This document shows positions 18,753 through 26,977 of a stretch of DNA of 40,740 nucleotides, piece after piece. How positions within the stretch are numbered: position 1 is the stretch's first letter; the number at the start of each line of letters is the position of its first letter. The position numbers and the translations under genes are program-made. Source of the DNA: a virus (lineage: Duplodnaviria; Caudoviricetes); the IMG/VR virus record IMGVR_UViG_3300031965_000074, positions 1 through 40,740 of that record; one strand, written 5' to 3'. Under the pieces are notes generated by a model. It was not told the DNA's origin. It searched no databases and saw only the letters and a list, made by a program, of their open reading frames with translations.

Positions 18753-19280
18753 CTAGAAGCTCGGTCCAGCTGGAGCCGCCACCGAGGCTGCCGCTCTCTT
18801 GGCCGATGCTTCCGGCAGCTGCGCCGGAGCCCTAGTCGCCTCCGTGACCTCACGCGCCGGCACCGATGCGGCCAGTGCCTTGAACCGCTTGGCGAAGTCT
18901 TTCTTGTCTTCGTCGCGCAGCGTGGGGTGTTCCTTCGGCTCGTTGGAGAACACCATGTAACGAGGCCGGGTCTTGCCTTTGTATTCCTCCATCTTTTCGA
19001 CGACGACGAACTTCGTATCGCCCAGGCCGTCACAAGTCACGATGTCATTGCTTTTCCAGCCCATGACACGCAGGGTCTCGGCCGTGATTTCCTGCGCACG
19101 GCCTTCCTTGAGCGAGCCGTACCAGGCGATTTCTCGACCGGCATGCTCGGGCGGGCTGACCAGTCGGACCCGGACATAGACCTGCGCCGACTTGGTCGAG
19201 CCGTCGGCGCGCTCCTGGTCGGGCTGGATGTCGTGCTCGATTGCTACGCCTTCGTATCGATTTGAAACTTCACCTTGCAT
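18753..19280 (-). CDS. Putative single-stranded DNA-binding protein
   Basis: Beta-rich core, Ala/Pro tail ending in F; lies downstream of Sak4, as is typical. Confidence 0.55.
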   Translation of the reverse strand: MQGEVSNRYEGVAIEHDIQPDQERADGSTKSAQVYVRVRLVSPPEHAGREIAWYGSLKEGRAQEITAETLRVMGWKSNDIVTCDGLGDTKFVVVEKMEEYKGKTRPRYMVFSNEPKEHPTLRDEDKKDFAKRFKALAASVPAREVTEATRAPAQLPEASAKRAAASVAAPAGPSF

Positions 19281-19283
19281 TGG

Positions 19284-20099
19284 TTACTTCTCCTGTGAGG
19301 GGTTAACATACTTGGCGAACTCGGCCCAGCTAAGCGGGATATCGTCCGGTACGCCCATGTCTTGCTTCGTAAGATAGGCTGGGTTATGCTTGAACTTCAG
19401 TACGCGCTCGCCGGTCGTGACGACCTTGGCCTTGAGTTCGCCTTTCTTTTTGCGGGCCAGGTCCTCGTGGCAGGCGAAGCCGATGATGTCTACACGGCCC
19501 CGGAGGATGCTAACGGCGCGCTTGTCTAGCTGCATGGTCCACACGTCGTAGTTCTCGCCGTCCGGGTTTTGGAACGTCCGAATGTCCGAGTGAGCAATGA
19601 GTATAACACCAAAGCCCACAGAGCGCAAGGCCTCAATGCCGGCGGCGAACCGGAGCCACTCGACCTTGGCGGCCACGAAGCCCTTGCCGTAGCCACCGGC
19701 GATTTGCTCGATGTTTTCGCAGCCGTGCTTGGCGCATAGCTCGGCGTGAAGCAGGTACTCCATGGCGTCGAGGGTATCGAACACGATGGTGGCGAACTCC
19801 GACTTGGCGGCCGTGACGGTGCACAGCTCGCGCATAGTGTCGAGGATGTCGCTCCAGGACGTGGGGACTACCCGGGCTACGTCCAGGTTGCCCGTGCGGC
19901 GGTCGGCGTCGATGAACAATGGCGCCGGGGCAGCGGCGGCAAAGCTAGACTTGCCAACACCGGGGCCACCGTGGATAGCGACGCGCACAGGTAGCTGCTG
20001 CTTGCCGCGGCTGATGCGGCTAACCAGGCCGGCCGGGGTCCGGGATGGCTTCGATGTTGACCTCAATATGGTCGGCCATTTCAGCGAACGTGTGCGCAT
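19284..20099 (-). CDS. Sak4-like AAA ATPase / ssDNA annealing protein
   Basis: IHGGPGVGKS, TIVFDT, GGYGKGF, ILIAH, DIIGF; start uncertain. Confidence 0.85.
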   Translation of the reverse strand: MRTRSLKWPTILRSTSKPSRTPAGLVSRISRGKQQLPVRVAIHGGPGVGKSSFAAAAPAPLFIDADRRTGNLDVARVVPTSWSDILDTMRELCTVTAAKSEFATIVFDTLDAMEYLLHAELCAKHGCENIEQIAGGYGKGFVAAKVEWLRFAAGIEALRSVGFGVILIAHSDIRTFQNPDGENYDVWTMQLDKRAVSILRGRVDIIGFACHEDLARKKKGELKAKVVTTGERVLKFKHNPAYLTKQDMGVPDDIPLSWAEFAKYVNPSQEK

Positions 20100-20349
20100 G
20101 GTAGCCTTGCTGGCCGTCGTTGCGGTTCCACAGGTCCGACGAGCCTTTCATGGCGTATGGGTCACGGTAATCGTCGCCGCGGTCACGGATGGCCTCGTAG
20201 TTGCACGAGCCTTGGATGACCATGGACAGTACGCCCAGGCAACAGTAGCGCTCGGTTTCCTTGTTATACAGCTGCGAATGGCCCTGTTTGAAGTTTCCAC
20301 TGCGCAGCGCTTCGAGCCACTGTGCTTTCTCGGTCTCGGTGATTTTCAT
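20020..20349 (-). CDS. Hypothetical protein, 'ALRSG...CCLGV' family, paralogue 1
   Basis: WLEALRSGNFKQG..QL...CCLGVL...ND...TFAEMADHIE. Confidence 0.7.
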   Translation of the reverse strand: MKITETEKAQWLEALRSGNFKQGHSQLYNKETERYCCLGVLSMVIQGSCNYEAIRDRGDDYRDPYAMKGSSDLWNRNDGQQGYHAHTFAEMADHIEVNIEAIPDPGRPG

Positions 20350-20410
20350 GCTTGCTCCTAGAAGGTGAACTTACTCTCGGTTGATTTTCTGCAGATAGTT
20401 TCACGCTGTA

Positions 20411-20439
20411 ATCCTACCATGTTTTACCCTGCCTGTCAA
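20411..20439 (-). promoter_or_regulatory. Sigma70 promoter TTGACA-17-TAGGAT (extended -10 TG), no G-rich leader
   Basis: Minus strand TTGACA 20439-20434, TGG, TAGGAT 20416-20411; lies in the gap between genes. Confidence 0.75.
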
Positions 20440-21470
20440 AATGTATGTTTAGACTCGGTTGGTTTTATCCGAATCCGGTACAGGTTCTGGTCTTCGATGT
20501 CAACGCCGGAATGACACACCGGCTGGTACTGGCACGGCCGGTTGTAAGCCATGCAGCTGTTCAGGTTGCGCGGATATGCGCCCGTCGCCCGGGCGGCTAG
20601 CATCTGCTGGCCCACGGCCCAGATGTCGGCCCGGATATCTTCGAGCTGGTCCGCGCTGTAGTAGAACTTCTGCCGCTTTAGGAAAGCTGCCGGGTCGCCC
20701 AGGACGAGCTGCTCGATGCGGGCTTCGTACTCGGCGAGGGTCTCATCGCGCAGGAACGTACCCGGCTTAGGGTCGCCGACGTTGCCCCACTTGCCGGCCC
20801 GTTTGTAAAATTCCCGTTTTTCGGGGGGTGTGGCAAATTGCCTCACCAGCTGGGGGCTGCGGACCACATCCCAGAGGACGTAGCTGACCTGGCGACCGTC
20901 GTCCGTTGCGGCCAGGTAGTACGCCTGTGGCTGCAAGCCGAACCGGTTGCGGTCCCAGTAGGGTCCGTCCTCGTCGATTTTGCTGCCCGTGGTCTTATGC
21001 TCAGCGATGACCGTGCGACCGTCGTGGTCGAACGCCAGGACATCCAGGACGGCCACGAAGACCATATTCGGGTCCGGGCGGCCATCGGGGCCCAGGACCG
21101 GTTGCTCGATGCGTTGCTCAGCTAGCGGCGCCGTGTGGAACGTGTAGCCCGAGTCGGACCAGGTCGTCGCGTAGGCCGTAAGTAGTACCCGGCCCAGGAT
21201 TTTGTCCTCCGGGCTGAGCGTGTTGCGACCCCGGTCTAGAAAGGCGTCGATAGCAGCGGCCAGGCGGGCCGAGCGGTCGTCGTCGGCGTAGCGGCTCCAC
21301 CAGGCGGCCTGGCCCTCGTGGAAGGCCACGCCGAAGTTGAGCGGGCGGTTATCGCCGCCGATGGCTACCCGGCGCGCTACGTGGGCGTAGTAGTAGTACC
21401 GCGGGCACAGCTGGTAGTCCTTGATGGCGGACACGGACAGACGTATCGGCGGCGGGTTAGCGGATATCAC
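20436..21470 (-). CDS. PD-(D/E)XK exonuclease (Cas4/AddB-like, 4-Cys cluster)
   Basis: LSVSAI...CPR, FGVAFH, LD...EHKT, QPQAY, C-terminal C..C..C. Confidence 0.85.
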   Translation of the reverse strand: MISANPPPIRLSVSAIKDYQLCPRYYYYAHVARRVAIGGDNRPLNFGVAFHEGQAAWWSRYADDDRSARLAAAIDAFLDRGRNTLSPEDKILGRVLLTAYATTWSDSGYTFHTAPLAEQRIEQPVLGPDGRPDPNMVFVAVLDVLAFDHDGRTVIAEHKTTGSKIDEDGPYWDRNRFGLQPQAYYLAATDDGRQVSYVLWDVVRSPQLVRQFATPPEKREFYKRAGKWGNVGDPKPGTFLRDETLAEYEARIEQLVLGDPAAFLKRQKFYYSADQLEDIRADIWAVGQQMLAARATGAYPRNLNSCMAYNRPCQYQPVCHSGVDIEDQNLYRIRIKPTESKHTF

Positions 21471-21795
21471 TGTCGTCGCCTTGTCGTCGGGGTGCCGTCC
21501 TGTGGAGGAGGACCTTCTCTACGTTGCGATAAGCCCGTGCGCAGCCGCGAGTATATTCGGACGCGGGGTAGCACTTGTCCTTGTTCATCTGCACGTACAC
21601 GTCCTCGCTGTTCTCTGCACACCCGCGGGCCATGTCCGCCGCTTGGACCAGACCGTCGCGAACGCCAGCGTCGTAGGCGTGTTCGACGATGTCGTCCAGG
21701 TCGCAAGAGGCGAAACCGCAAGCGCACCACTCGTCGCGAATCTTCCGCACGCGCAGGTCACGCGCATCGGAGTCCGCCGCCGCGCTACTCGACAT
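21457..21795 (-). CDS. Hypothetical protein (start reassigned to 21795)
   Basis: GAAGGAG RBS; coupled to neighbours. Confidence 0.5.
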   Translation of the reverse strand: MSSSAAADSDARDLRVRKIRDEWCACGFASCDLDDIVEHAYDAGVRDGLVQAADMARGCAENSEDVYVQMNKDKCYPASEYTRGCARAYRNVEKVLLHRTAPRRQGDDSDIR

Positions 21796-22270
21796 CGGGT
21801 AGCTCCTTCGGCGGGTATAGCTTGTCCACGCGCTCGTCCAGGGCTGCCACGTCGGCACCGGCCTCGCGGAGTAGGTCCACGGCGCGACGCAGCGTAGCCG
21901 CCGGTAGGCCTTTGTTTTCCTCGACGCTGCGAGCCTCGGACATGGCGTCGCGGATGTCCTGCGGCGTCATAGCCGCCGGGTCCAGCGCATACAGCGCGTC
22001 GGCGATGTCATTGCGCAGCCAGACTTCCTCGTGGAACAGGACCAGCGCGGCTCGTACCAGCGGCGGCGACGCCCACTTTTCGGCGTAGTCGGCCGCGATG
22101 GCATCGACGGCGGCCCGGGTAACACCGTCGTGAATGTTCTCGCGCAGGCGGTAAAATACTTGGTCGGCCTCGCAGCCGTCCATGATGAGCTTGTGAATAT
22201 CGCGCAGGTGCTTGCTCTCAGCGAAGGCTCGGTCGGCTGCTAGCTTCTGCGGGTTAACCTTGAGTGACAT
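21785..22270 (-). CDS. Hypothetical protein
   Basis: 161 aa; overlaps neighbours by a few nt. Confidence 0.6.
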   Translation of the reverse strand: MSLKVNPQKLAADRAFAESKHLRDIHKLIMDGCEADQVFYRLRENIHDGVTRAAVDAIAADYAEKWASPPLVRAALVLFHEEVWLRNDIADALYALDPAAMTPQDIRDAMSEARSVEENKGLPAATLRRAVDLLREAGADVAALDERVDKLYPPKELPDVE

Positions 22271-22853
22271 TGAGTTGCTCCTTTAGGGCAGAGATGGACC
22301 ACTTGCCGCAGGTTACGTCGAAGTCCCCGTCGTTGCTGATGATGTTCTCGGCGATGCGGGTTAGCAGCGTGTCGCTAACGCTGACACCGTCGGGCTTAGT
22401 TTGGACGCACAGGTCGTGCCACTTGGCTTCGTCAGGTGTAAAGGTCGGGACTTCGTAGGCTCCGTTGGCGTAGCTTTCGTGCCAGCCCTCAAAGGCTGCC
22501 TCGATGCGAACCATGGTCAGCTCGTCCCACAGTGCGCTATCCTGTATCGGGTAATGGTCATTGTTTCTGACTGCCGACCCACGGAATAGTGCACATACTA
22601 ACAAGGCGCCCCGGGCGCAGACGGTACACGTCGGCATGCGCGTGGCATCCGGGCTACATGCATCGTGGGGTAGCATGTTGCCTTTGTTGTCCCTGACGAA
22701 CAGCAGCGTGCCTTTTTCTGAGCGCAACTTGCGGCATTTCAGCCCGCTCAGGATGTCGTAGGCAATCATGACCCGCTGTTTCGCAGGCGATGCCTCGGCG
22801 AACTCGGCATTCGTGCGCAGAATGCGCTGCCGCAGCGACGGGGGCTTAGCCAT
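22254..22853 (-). CDS. Hypothetical protein, 'RVxIAxD-CxxC-AFE-NI..GxF' family, paralogue A
   Basis: RVMIAYDI, CTVCARG, IEAAFE, IAENIISNDGDF. Confidence 0.75.
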   Translation of the reverse strand: MAKPPSLRQRILRTNAEFAEASPAKQRVMIAYDILSGLKCRKLRSEKGTLLFVRDNKGNMLPHDACSPDATRMPTCTVCARGALLVCALFRGSAVRNNDHYPIQDSALWDELTMVRIEAAFEGWHESYANGAYEVPTFTPDEAKWHDLCVQTKPDGVSVSDTLLTRIAENIISNDGDFDVTCGKWSISALKEQLNVTQG

Positions 22854-23361
22854 CGGACTTGGCCTTTCGCTGCTTACGCGGCACGAACTCGCCGCCGTTG
22901 CGGACGATGTTGCGCATGATGCTCAGCAGCCGTTGCTGCGACGTATAGCCGGCCGGCCAGTAGCTGCCACGGAACTTGCCCCAGCACCCGGGTGCGAAGT
23001 CGTCCCAGCACTCGAAGGCTTCCTCGATGAGCAGCAGCTGCTTCTCGCTGAACCACGGTCGCAGCCGGTCGAACACGTCGTCCTCCGACTCGATGGCCTC
23101 GCCCTCCCGGTACGTCGCGGCCACTAGCAGTGAGCCAACGCCGCATACGTAGCAACTGGCGTACGGTGCGTCTTTGGTCGTAGGCGCGCAGTAAGTGCCC
23201 GTCGTGGCCAGGAGTTTGTCCACCTTAACGAAGGCGATAACGTCCTGGGCAATCATGACCCGCTTAGCAGCTTTGCCGGCCTTGCGGAAGGCCGCGTTAG
23301 ATGCTATGAAGTAGCCCGCGAGCTTGTCGTTGTCCCATACTGTGTCTTGGTTTAGTTTCAT
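22846..23361 (-). CDS. Same family, paralogue B
   Basis: RVMIAQDV, CYVCGVG, FSEKQLLLIEEAFE, IMRNIVRNGGEF. Confidence 0.75.
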   Translation of the reverse strand: MKLNQDTVWDNDKLAGYFIASNAAFRKAGKAAKRVMIAQDVIAFVKVDKLLATTGTYCAPTTKDAPYASCYVCGVGSLLVAATYREGEAIESEDDVFDRLRPWFSEKQLLLIEEAFECWDDFAPGCWGKFRGSYWPAGYTSQQRLLSIMRNIVRNGGEFVPRKQRKAKSDG

Positions 23362-23430
23362 GCGTGTTCTCCTAGCGGCGCCACCAGCGAAGGCAGCGCC
23401 AGAATAGCCAAAGGCCGATGATATAGCGTT

Positions 23431-23751
23431 TCACTTGAGGTGCTTCTCGATGTGGTCGGCGATGTCGTCGAACGTTGCGTCGCTCTTGTCATTCATCTCG
23501 GCCAGGTAGTTAGCCTGTGCGTCTGTCATGCAGCTACCGGGTGGACCGTAGTAGTAGCTAGACGAAGGGGTCTTGAGTGGTCGGCCCATGGCAGTCCAGT
23601 CCGGGCCGTTGACGACTTCGTATAGCACGCCCAGGCAGCAGTGCGTACCGTCGAGCGGTTTATGTAACTGGCCGCGGCCCTTGGCATACTTGCCGCTGCG
23701 TAGAGCGGCTACCCAGGCTGCTTTCAGCGCCGGGTCGAATTTTTCACTCAT
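23431..23751 (-). CDS. Hypothetical protein, 'ALRSG...CCLGV' family, paralogue 2
   Basis: WVAALRSGKYAKG..QL...CCLGVL...ND...TFDDIADHIE; AAGGAG RBS. Confidence 0.7.
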   Translation of the reverse strand: MSEKFDPALKAAWVAALRSGKYAKGRGQLHKPLDGTHCCLGVLYEVVNGPDWTAMGRPLKTPSSSYYYGPPGSCMTDAQANYLAEMNDKSDATFDDIADHIEKHLK

Positions 23752-23790
23752 GCTGTATCTCCTTGTAAGTGCACATTCTATGTGTAGTAA

Positions 23791-23860
23791 TACTTACCTA
23801 GCCCACCCAAGCCGCCCTAGCAGCATAACATATACTACCAAACTTGGCGGCGGAAGTCAA
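23791..23860 (-). promoter_or_regulatory. Sigma70 promoter (TTGACT-17-TAGTAT, extended -10) plus conserved G-rich leader, copy 2
   Basis: Minus strand TTGACT 23860-23855, TAGTAT 23837-23832, then ATGTTATGCTGCTAGGGCGGCTTGGGTGGGCTAGGTAAGTA. Confidence 0.85.
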
Positions 23861-24135
23861 GCTAATACTCGTAGCCCTCCGGGCGTGCCATCCGCTATCC
23901 AGCAGCGGATTTCCCAGAGTAGCCTACGCTTAGTCTGGCTTGCCGTTTCCCAGGGGTACAGCCACACTATGCGCCGCGTGCCGGCGTCGTGGTTACACAC
24001 CACGGCATACAGACGGTCCGTCGCCCAGTCCCGGAAGACTGTCATGCCGTCGTCTGTGCACACGCGCACTGGCCCGGTCCAACCCCAGGCGATGGCTCGT
24101 GTGACGCCATGGCGTACTTCCTCGATGGACATCAC
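23857..24135 (-). CDS. Hypothetical protein
   Basis: Coupled to the amidase stop codon. Confidence 0.5.
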   Translation of the reverse strand: MMSIEEVRHGVTRAIAWGWTGPVRVCTDDGMTVFRDWATDRLYAVVCNHDAGTRRIVWLYPWETASQTKRRLLWEIRCWIADGTPGGLRVLA

Positions 24136-24848
24136 CCGCCCCCAGGTGCGGCCACTCGGTCGCCGCGCAGGACTTTCAGCCCAGTCAGCAGCCCGTTGAA
24201 CAGGTTCCAGCTGAACCCGCCGGTCATGTCGCCCGGGTCCCAGCCCGGCCGGGTCACGGGGTTCACGTCCTCGTGGCCCAGGAGCTTGCGCCGGTCCAGG
24301 GTGTTGATGTCGTACGCCCCGGCGAGTTGCAGCACTAGCTCGGCCGTCGCGAGGTACGTCGCCCCGGAGAAGCGCGTGCCGCCGAACGGGTCGGCCCAGA
24401 ACGGTGTCCAGTTGCCGCTCTGGTTGGGCCAGGTACCGCAGGGTATCATCTCAATGCCGATGTAGTTCGAGCGCGGCTTCTGCGCCGGGAACAGGTGCTG
24501 CGGCGACTTCTGGCCGGGCCATCGTGCGCGCCACCAGCGGACTACGTCGGGCTTCACCAGCGTGGTCCAGTTGCCGTTCAGGAAGTCCCGGCGCTGGGCC
24601 AGTGTGGTCTTGACATGGAATGCCTCGCGGCGTGGGTCACGCAGCTGGGCTACTTGCCCGAGCGGCCCCACTAGGAAGTGCGGCCCCACGCGGCCCATGG
24701 ACTCGTATATGCGCAGCGCCTCATCGTACGGGTCGAGGCCGCCAGCCAAGGCTTGGCGCGGCGGTCCGTCGCCAGTCGTGTGTAGCATGATGCCCCATTG
24801 TTGGAGCGGTACGTCGTCCTGTGGCAGTGGCATGGCTTGCTTAATCAT
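24132..24848 (-). CDS. N-acetylmuramoyl-L-alanine amidase (Amidase_2/AmpD-like) endolysin
   Basis: IMLHTT, PHFLV, AFHV, NYIGIEM, LGHEDV, DPG; no signal peptide. Confidence 0.88.
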   Translation of the reverse strand: MIKQAMPLPQDDVPLQQWGIMLHTTGDGPPRQALAGGLDPYDEALRIYESMGRVGPHFLVGPLGQVAQLRDPRREAFHVKTTLAQRRDFLNGNWTTLVKPDVVRWWRARWPGQKSPQHLFPAQKPRSNYIGIEMIPCGTWPNQSGNWTPFWADPFGGTRFSGATYLATAELVLQLAGAYDINTLDRRKLLGHEDVNPVTRPGWDPGDMTGGFSWNLFNGLLTGLKVLRGDRVAAPGGG

Positions 24849-25117
24849 GGCTTGTCCTCCGGTATCGTGGCAGTACCACAGTACTCTCGCGTGTAGTCGG
24901 ACTTGTCAGCCGGCGTAGACACGTCGCGGGGTATCAAGTCGTGTCGCTTCAGTATAGCTGCTTGCGTCACAGCTACTCGCTGCCACACGGTGGCCCGCTC
25001 TAGAGCTTCGTACATACGGGCCTCGGCGTCTCGCCGCTGTTGCCACGCTCGGTTGCGCTCGGTGCGTAACTGTCCGATTTCGGCCAGGTAACTCTCAGGG
25101 CTTCTAGTCTCCGCCAT
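24845..25117 (-). CDS. Hypothetical coiled-coil protein
   Basis: GGAG RBS before ATG 25117. Confidence 0.5.
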   Translation of the reverse strand: MAETRSPESYLAEIGQLRTERNRAWQQRRDAEARMYEALERATVWQRVAVTQAAILKRHDLIPRDVSTPADKSDYTREYCGTATIPEDKP

Positions 25118-25652
25118 AGCCGTCTCCAGTGAACAGGAAATCCCGGTAGAATCGCGCACTCGCGATGCTATCGTCTAGGTCGCTAAGCGCCCGGTGGTGA
25201 CCGTCCGCCTGGGGTAGCAGTTGGTACAGCAGGCTGTTCCAGCGCTTGCACAGCTCGTTTAGGCTGGACACGTCGATGTTCCGGTAGTGAAAATATTGAG
25301 CCAGCGTGGGCATATGCGTGGCCAGGAACGCCCGGTCGAACCCGACGCTGTTACCAGCCAGCGGCGTCCGGCCTTCGGGCACGCCAAGGCTGCGTAGCCA
25401 CTCGACGGCTTCCGTAGCGGCCGTCGCGTTACCCTGCCGGCTAGTTTCGCACTCCAGCCACAGCCCGCTAGCCGTGTGCATGTCGGTCACGACGGGGTCA
25501 ATGCGTACACGCGGCGACCGCTTGTAGTGCAGTATCCAGTTGCGCCGGCCCAGCTCGTACAGCTGGTTAGTCGTCACGACCATGCCTAGCTCTAGAATGC
25601 GCTCCGTCGCCGGGTTTAGTCCGGTGGTTTCCAGATCGAGCCAGACAATCAT
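25104..25652 (-). CDS. orn: Oligoribonuclease (DEDDh 3'-5' exonuclease)
   Basis: VWLDLETTGL, MHTASGL, LAGNSVGFDRAFL, FHYRNIDVSS, HRALSD. Confidence 0.9.
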   Translation of the reverse strand: MIVWLDLETTGLNPATERILELGMVVTTNQLYELGRRNWILHYKRSPRVRIDPVVTDMHTASGLWLECETSRQGNATAATEAVEWLRSLGVPEGRTPLAGNSVGFDRAFLATHMPTLAQYFHYRNIDVSSLNELCKRWNSLLYQLLPQADGHHRALSDLDDSIASARFYRDFLFTGDGYGGD

Positions 25653-25945
25653 AGTTCCCCTAGCTTGCCGCCGCGATAGATGGTACCGCCTTTGTTAGAT
25701 GCACCAACGTAAGGCTCGGGCTTACCTGCCTTGATAATCTTGTACTTATACCAGTCGTCGCTAGGTCGCAAGTGGCGCCAAGACGGTAGCTCCTTAAAGT
25801 ACCAGGTACAGCGGGGCCCGAAACTCCAACCCCAGTCCTGGTCAGCCTGTGCCGGCTCTTTGGCACCGCTCGCCGGCTCACAGCGGTCACAGACGTAGCT
25901 CGTGAACAGCAGCAGCATAGACGAGCAACAGTTTGGGCATTCCAT
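25649..25945 (-). CDS. Hypothetical Zn-ribbon protein
   Basis: CPNC...CDRC. Confidence 0.55.
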   Translation of the reverse strand: MECPNCCSSMLLLFTSYVCDRCEPASGAKEPAQADQDWGWSFGPRCTWYFKELPSWRHLRPSDDWYKYKIIKAGKPEPYVGASNKGGTIYRGGKLGEL

Positions 25946-25955
25946 GGCGGTACTC

Positions 25956-26216
25956 CTAATTCAGCACAGTCGCGCTGGGCCTGTTGCCGTCGTACTCGCG
26001 CAGCTTGTCCACGGTTTCCGCAACCGTCGTCAGGAAGCGGCGGATACGCTCGGGCGACCAGACATCCGGCTTCGCCTGGAACAGTGTGTTCCCAAGCATG
26101 ACCCCGAGCACGCAGATATACTCAGATACGGTCAAGTCCGGGCAGTGCTGCTCCAGCTGGGCCACGATGACATCGTGGAGCAGTTCGGCAATCTCGGTAG
26201 CTTTGTCGGCGTTCAT
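25956..26216 (-). CDS. Hypothetical protein
   Basis: ATGA coupling at 26213-26216. Confidence 0.5.
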   Translation of the reverse strand: MNADKATEIAELLHDVIVAQLEQHCPDLTVSEYICVLGVMLGNTLFQAKPDVWSPERIRRFLTTVAETVDKLREYDGNRPSATVLN

Positions 26217-26416
26217 GATGTCTCGATTCGTAGTTGGCCGCACAGCTGGACCGAGCGCCCAGCGACGGCGACAGTAGTATACGTCGCAGCGTGTGACCGC
26301 ACGACGCCGGTATGCCCGGCCAGCGGCGGTTGCTTGTGACTGCCCATGCGGATACGCAGGTCGGCGGCAAAGCGGACCCGCGTGCCCGGTGGCAGCTGTG
26401 ACAGCTGGGTTAGCAT
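26213..26416 (-). CDS. Hypothetical small beta-barrel-like protein
   Basis: LPPGTRVRF...GHTGVV pattern; GGAG RBS. Confidence 0.45.
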   Translation of the reverse strand: MLTQLSQLPPGTRVRFAADLRIRMGSHKQPPLAGHTGVVRSHAATYTTVAVAGRSVQLCGQLRIETS

Positions 26417-26796
26417 GCGTTTAGCTCCTGGCGGCACAGCTCCAGGCGGCACAGCTCGTGTAGCCGTTCTACTGCCTTATCGTAGAGGCCGTCGTCGTTC
26501 CAGTTGTACTCGCAGTCGTGCAAGTCCTGCGCCTCCATCAGGAAGCCATGCGACTCCCGCGGTACGCCGATGTCATCTAGTGCGGCCACTAGACGCGACC
26601 TTGTCTCGTTGATAGAGTTACTCAGACCGGCCGAGTTAAACCCCGACACGTCGTAATCGTCGGGGAACAGGCAGCCGACTGCGCACTTGAGGCCTTCCGG
26701 CGTGCGGAACTGGCACGTACCGTGCTCGGAGACAGCTCGCTTACTAGCACTCAGCAAATGGTCTCGCACTCGTTGGACTACTTCTTGTCTGTTCAT
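26410..26796 (-). CDS. Hypothetical protein, 'CxFR..GLKCAVGCL...QxxHD' family
   Basis: CQFRTPEGLKCAVGCLF; LMEAQDLHD. Confidence 0.7.
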   Translation of the reverse strand: MNRQEVVQRVRDHLLSASKRAVSEHGTCQFRTPEGLKCAVGCLFPDDYDVSGFNSAGLSNSINETRSRLVAALDDIGVPRESHGFLMEAQDLHDCEYNWNDDGLYDKAVERLHELCRLELCRQELNAC

Positions 26797-26799
26797 GTC

Positions 26800-26976
26800 T
26801 CAGTCCTCCCAGCGGATAAGTAGCTCCGCCTCGCCAAAGTTGCGCTCGATTACGACGGCCACGATGTCATGCTTGGTTCCCATGGCGCCATGTTGCAATC
26901 GCACCCGTACGGGCTTCATGGGCTCCGTCGTAGCGATGACTTCATCCATTACGGCTTTCAGCTCGTTCGGTGTCAT
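26800..26976 (-). CDS. Hypothetical protein (58 aa, below the ORF-track cutoff)
   Basis: Read manually: MTPNELKAVMDEVIA...LLIRWED; fills the gap exactly. Confidence 0.55.
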   Translation of the reverse strand: MTPNELKAVMDEVIATTEPMKPVRVRLQHGAMGTKHDIVAVVIERNFGEAELLIRWED

Positions 26977-26977
26977 G

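Noticed and set aside
20436-21470. Cas4-like nuclease as evidence of CRISPR-Cas
   Set aside because: No array or other cas genes; its context beside Sak4 and SSB is the usual phage recombination module
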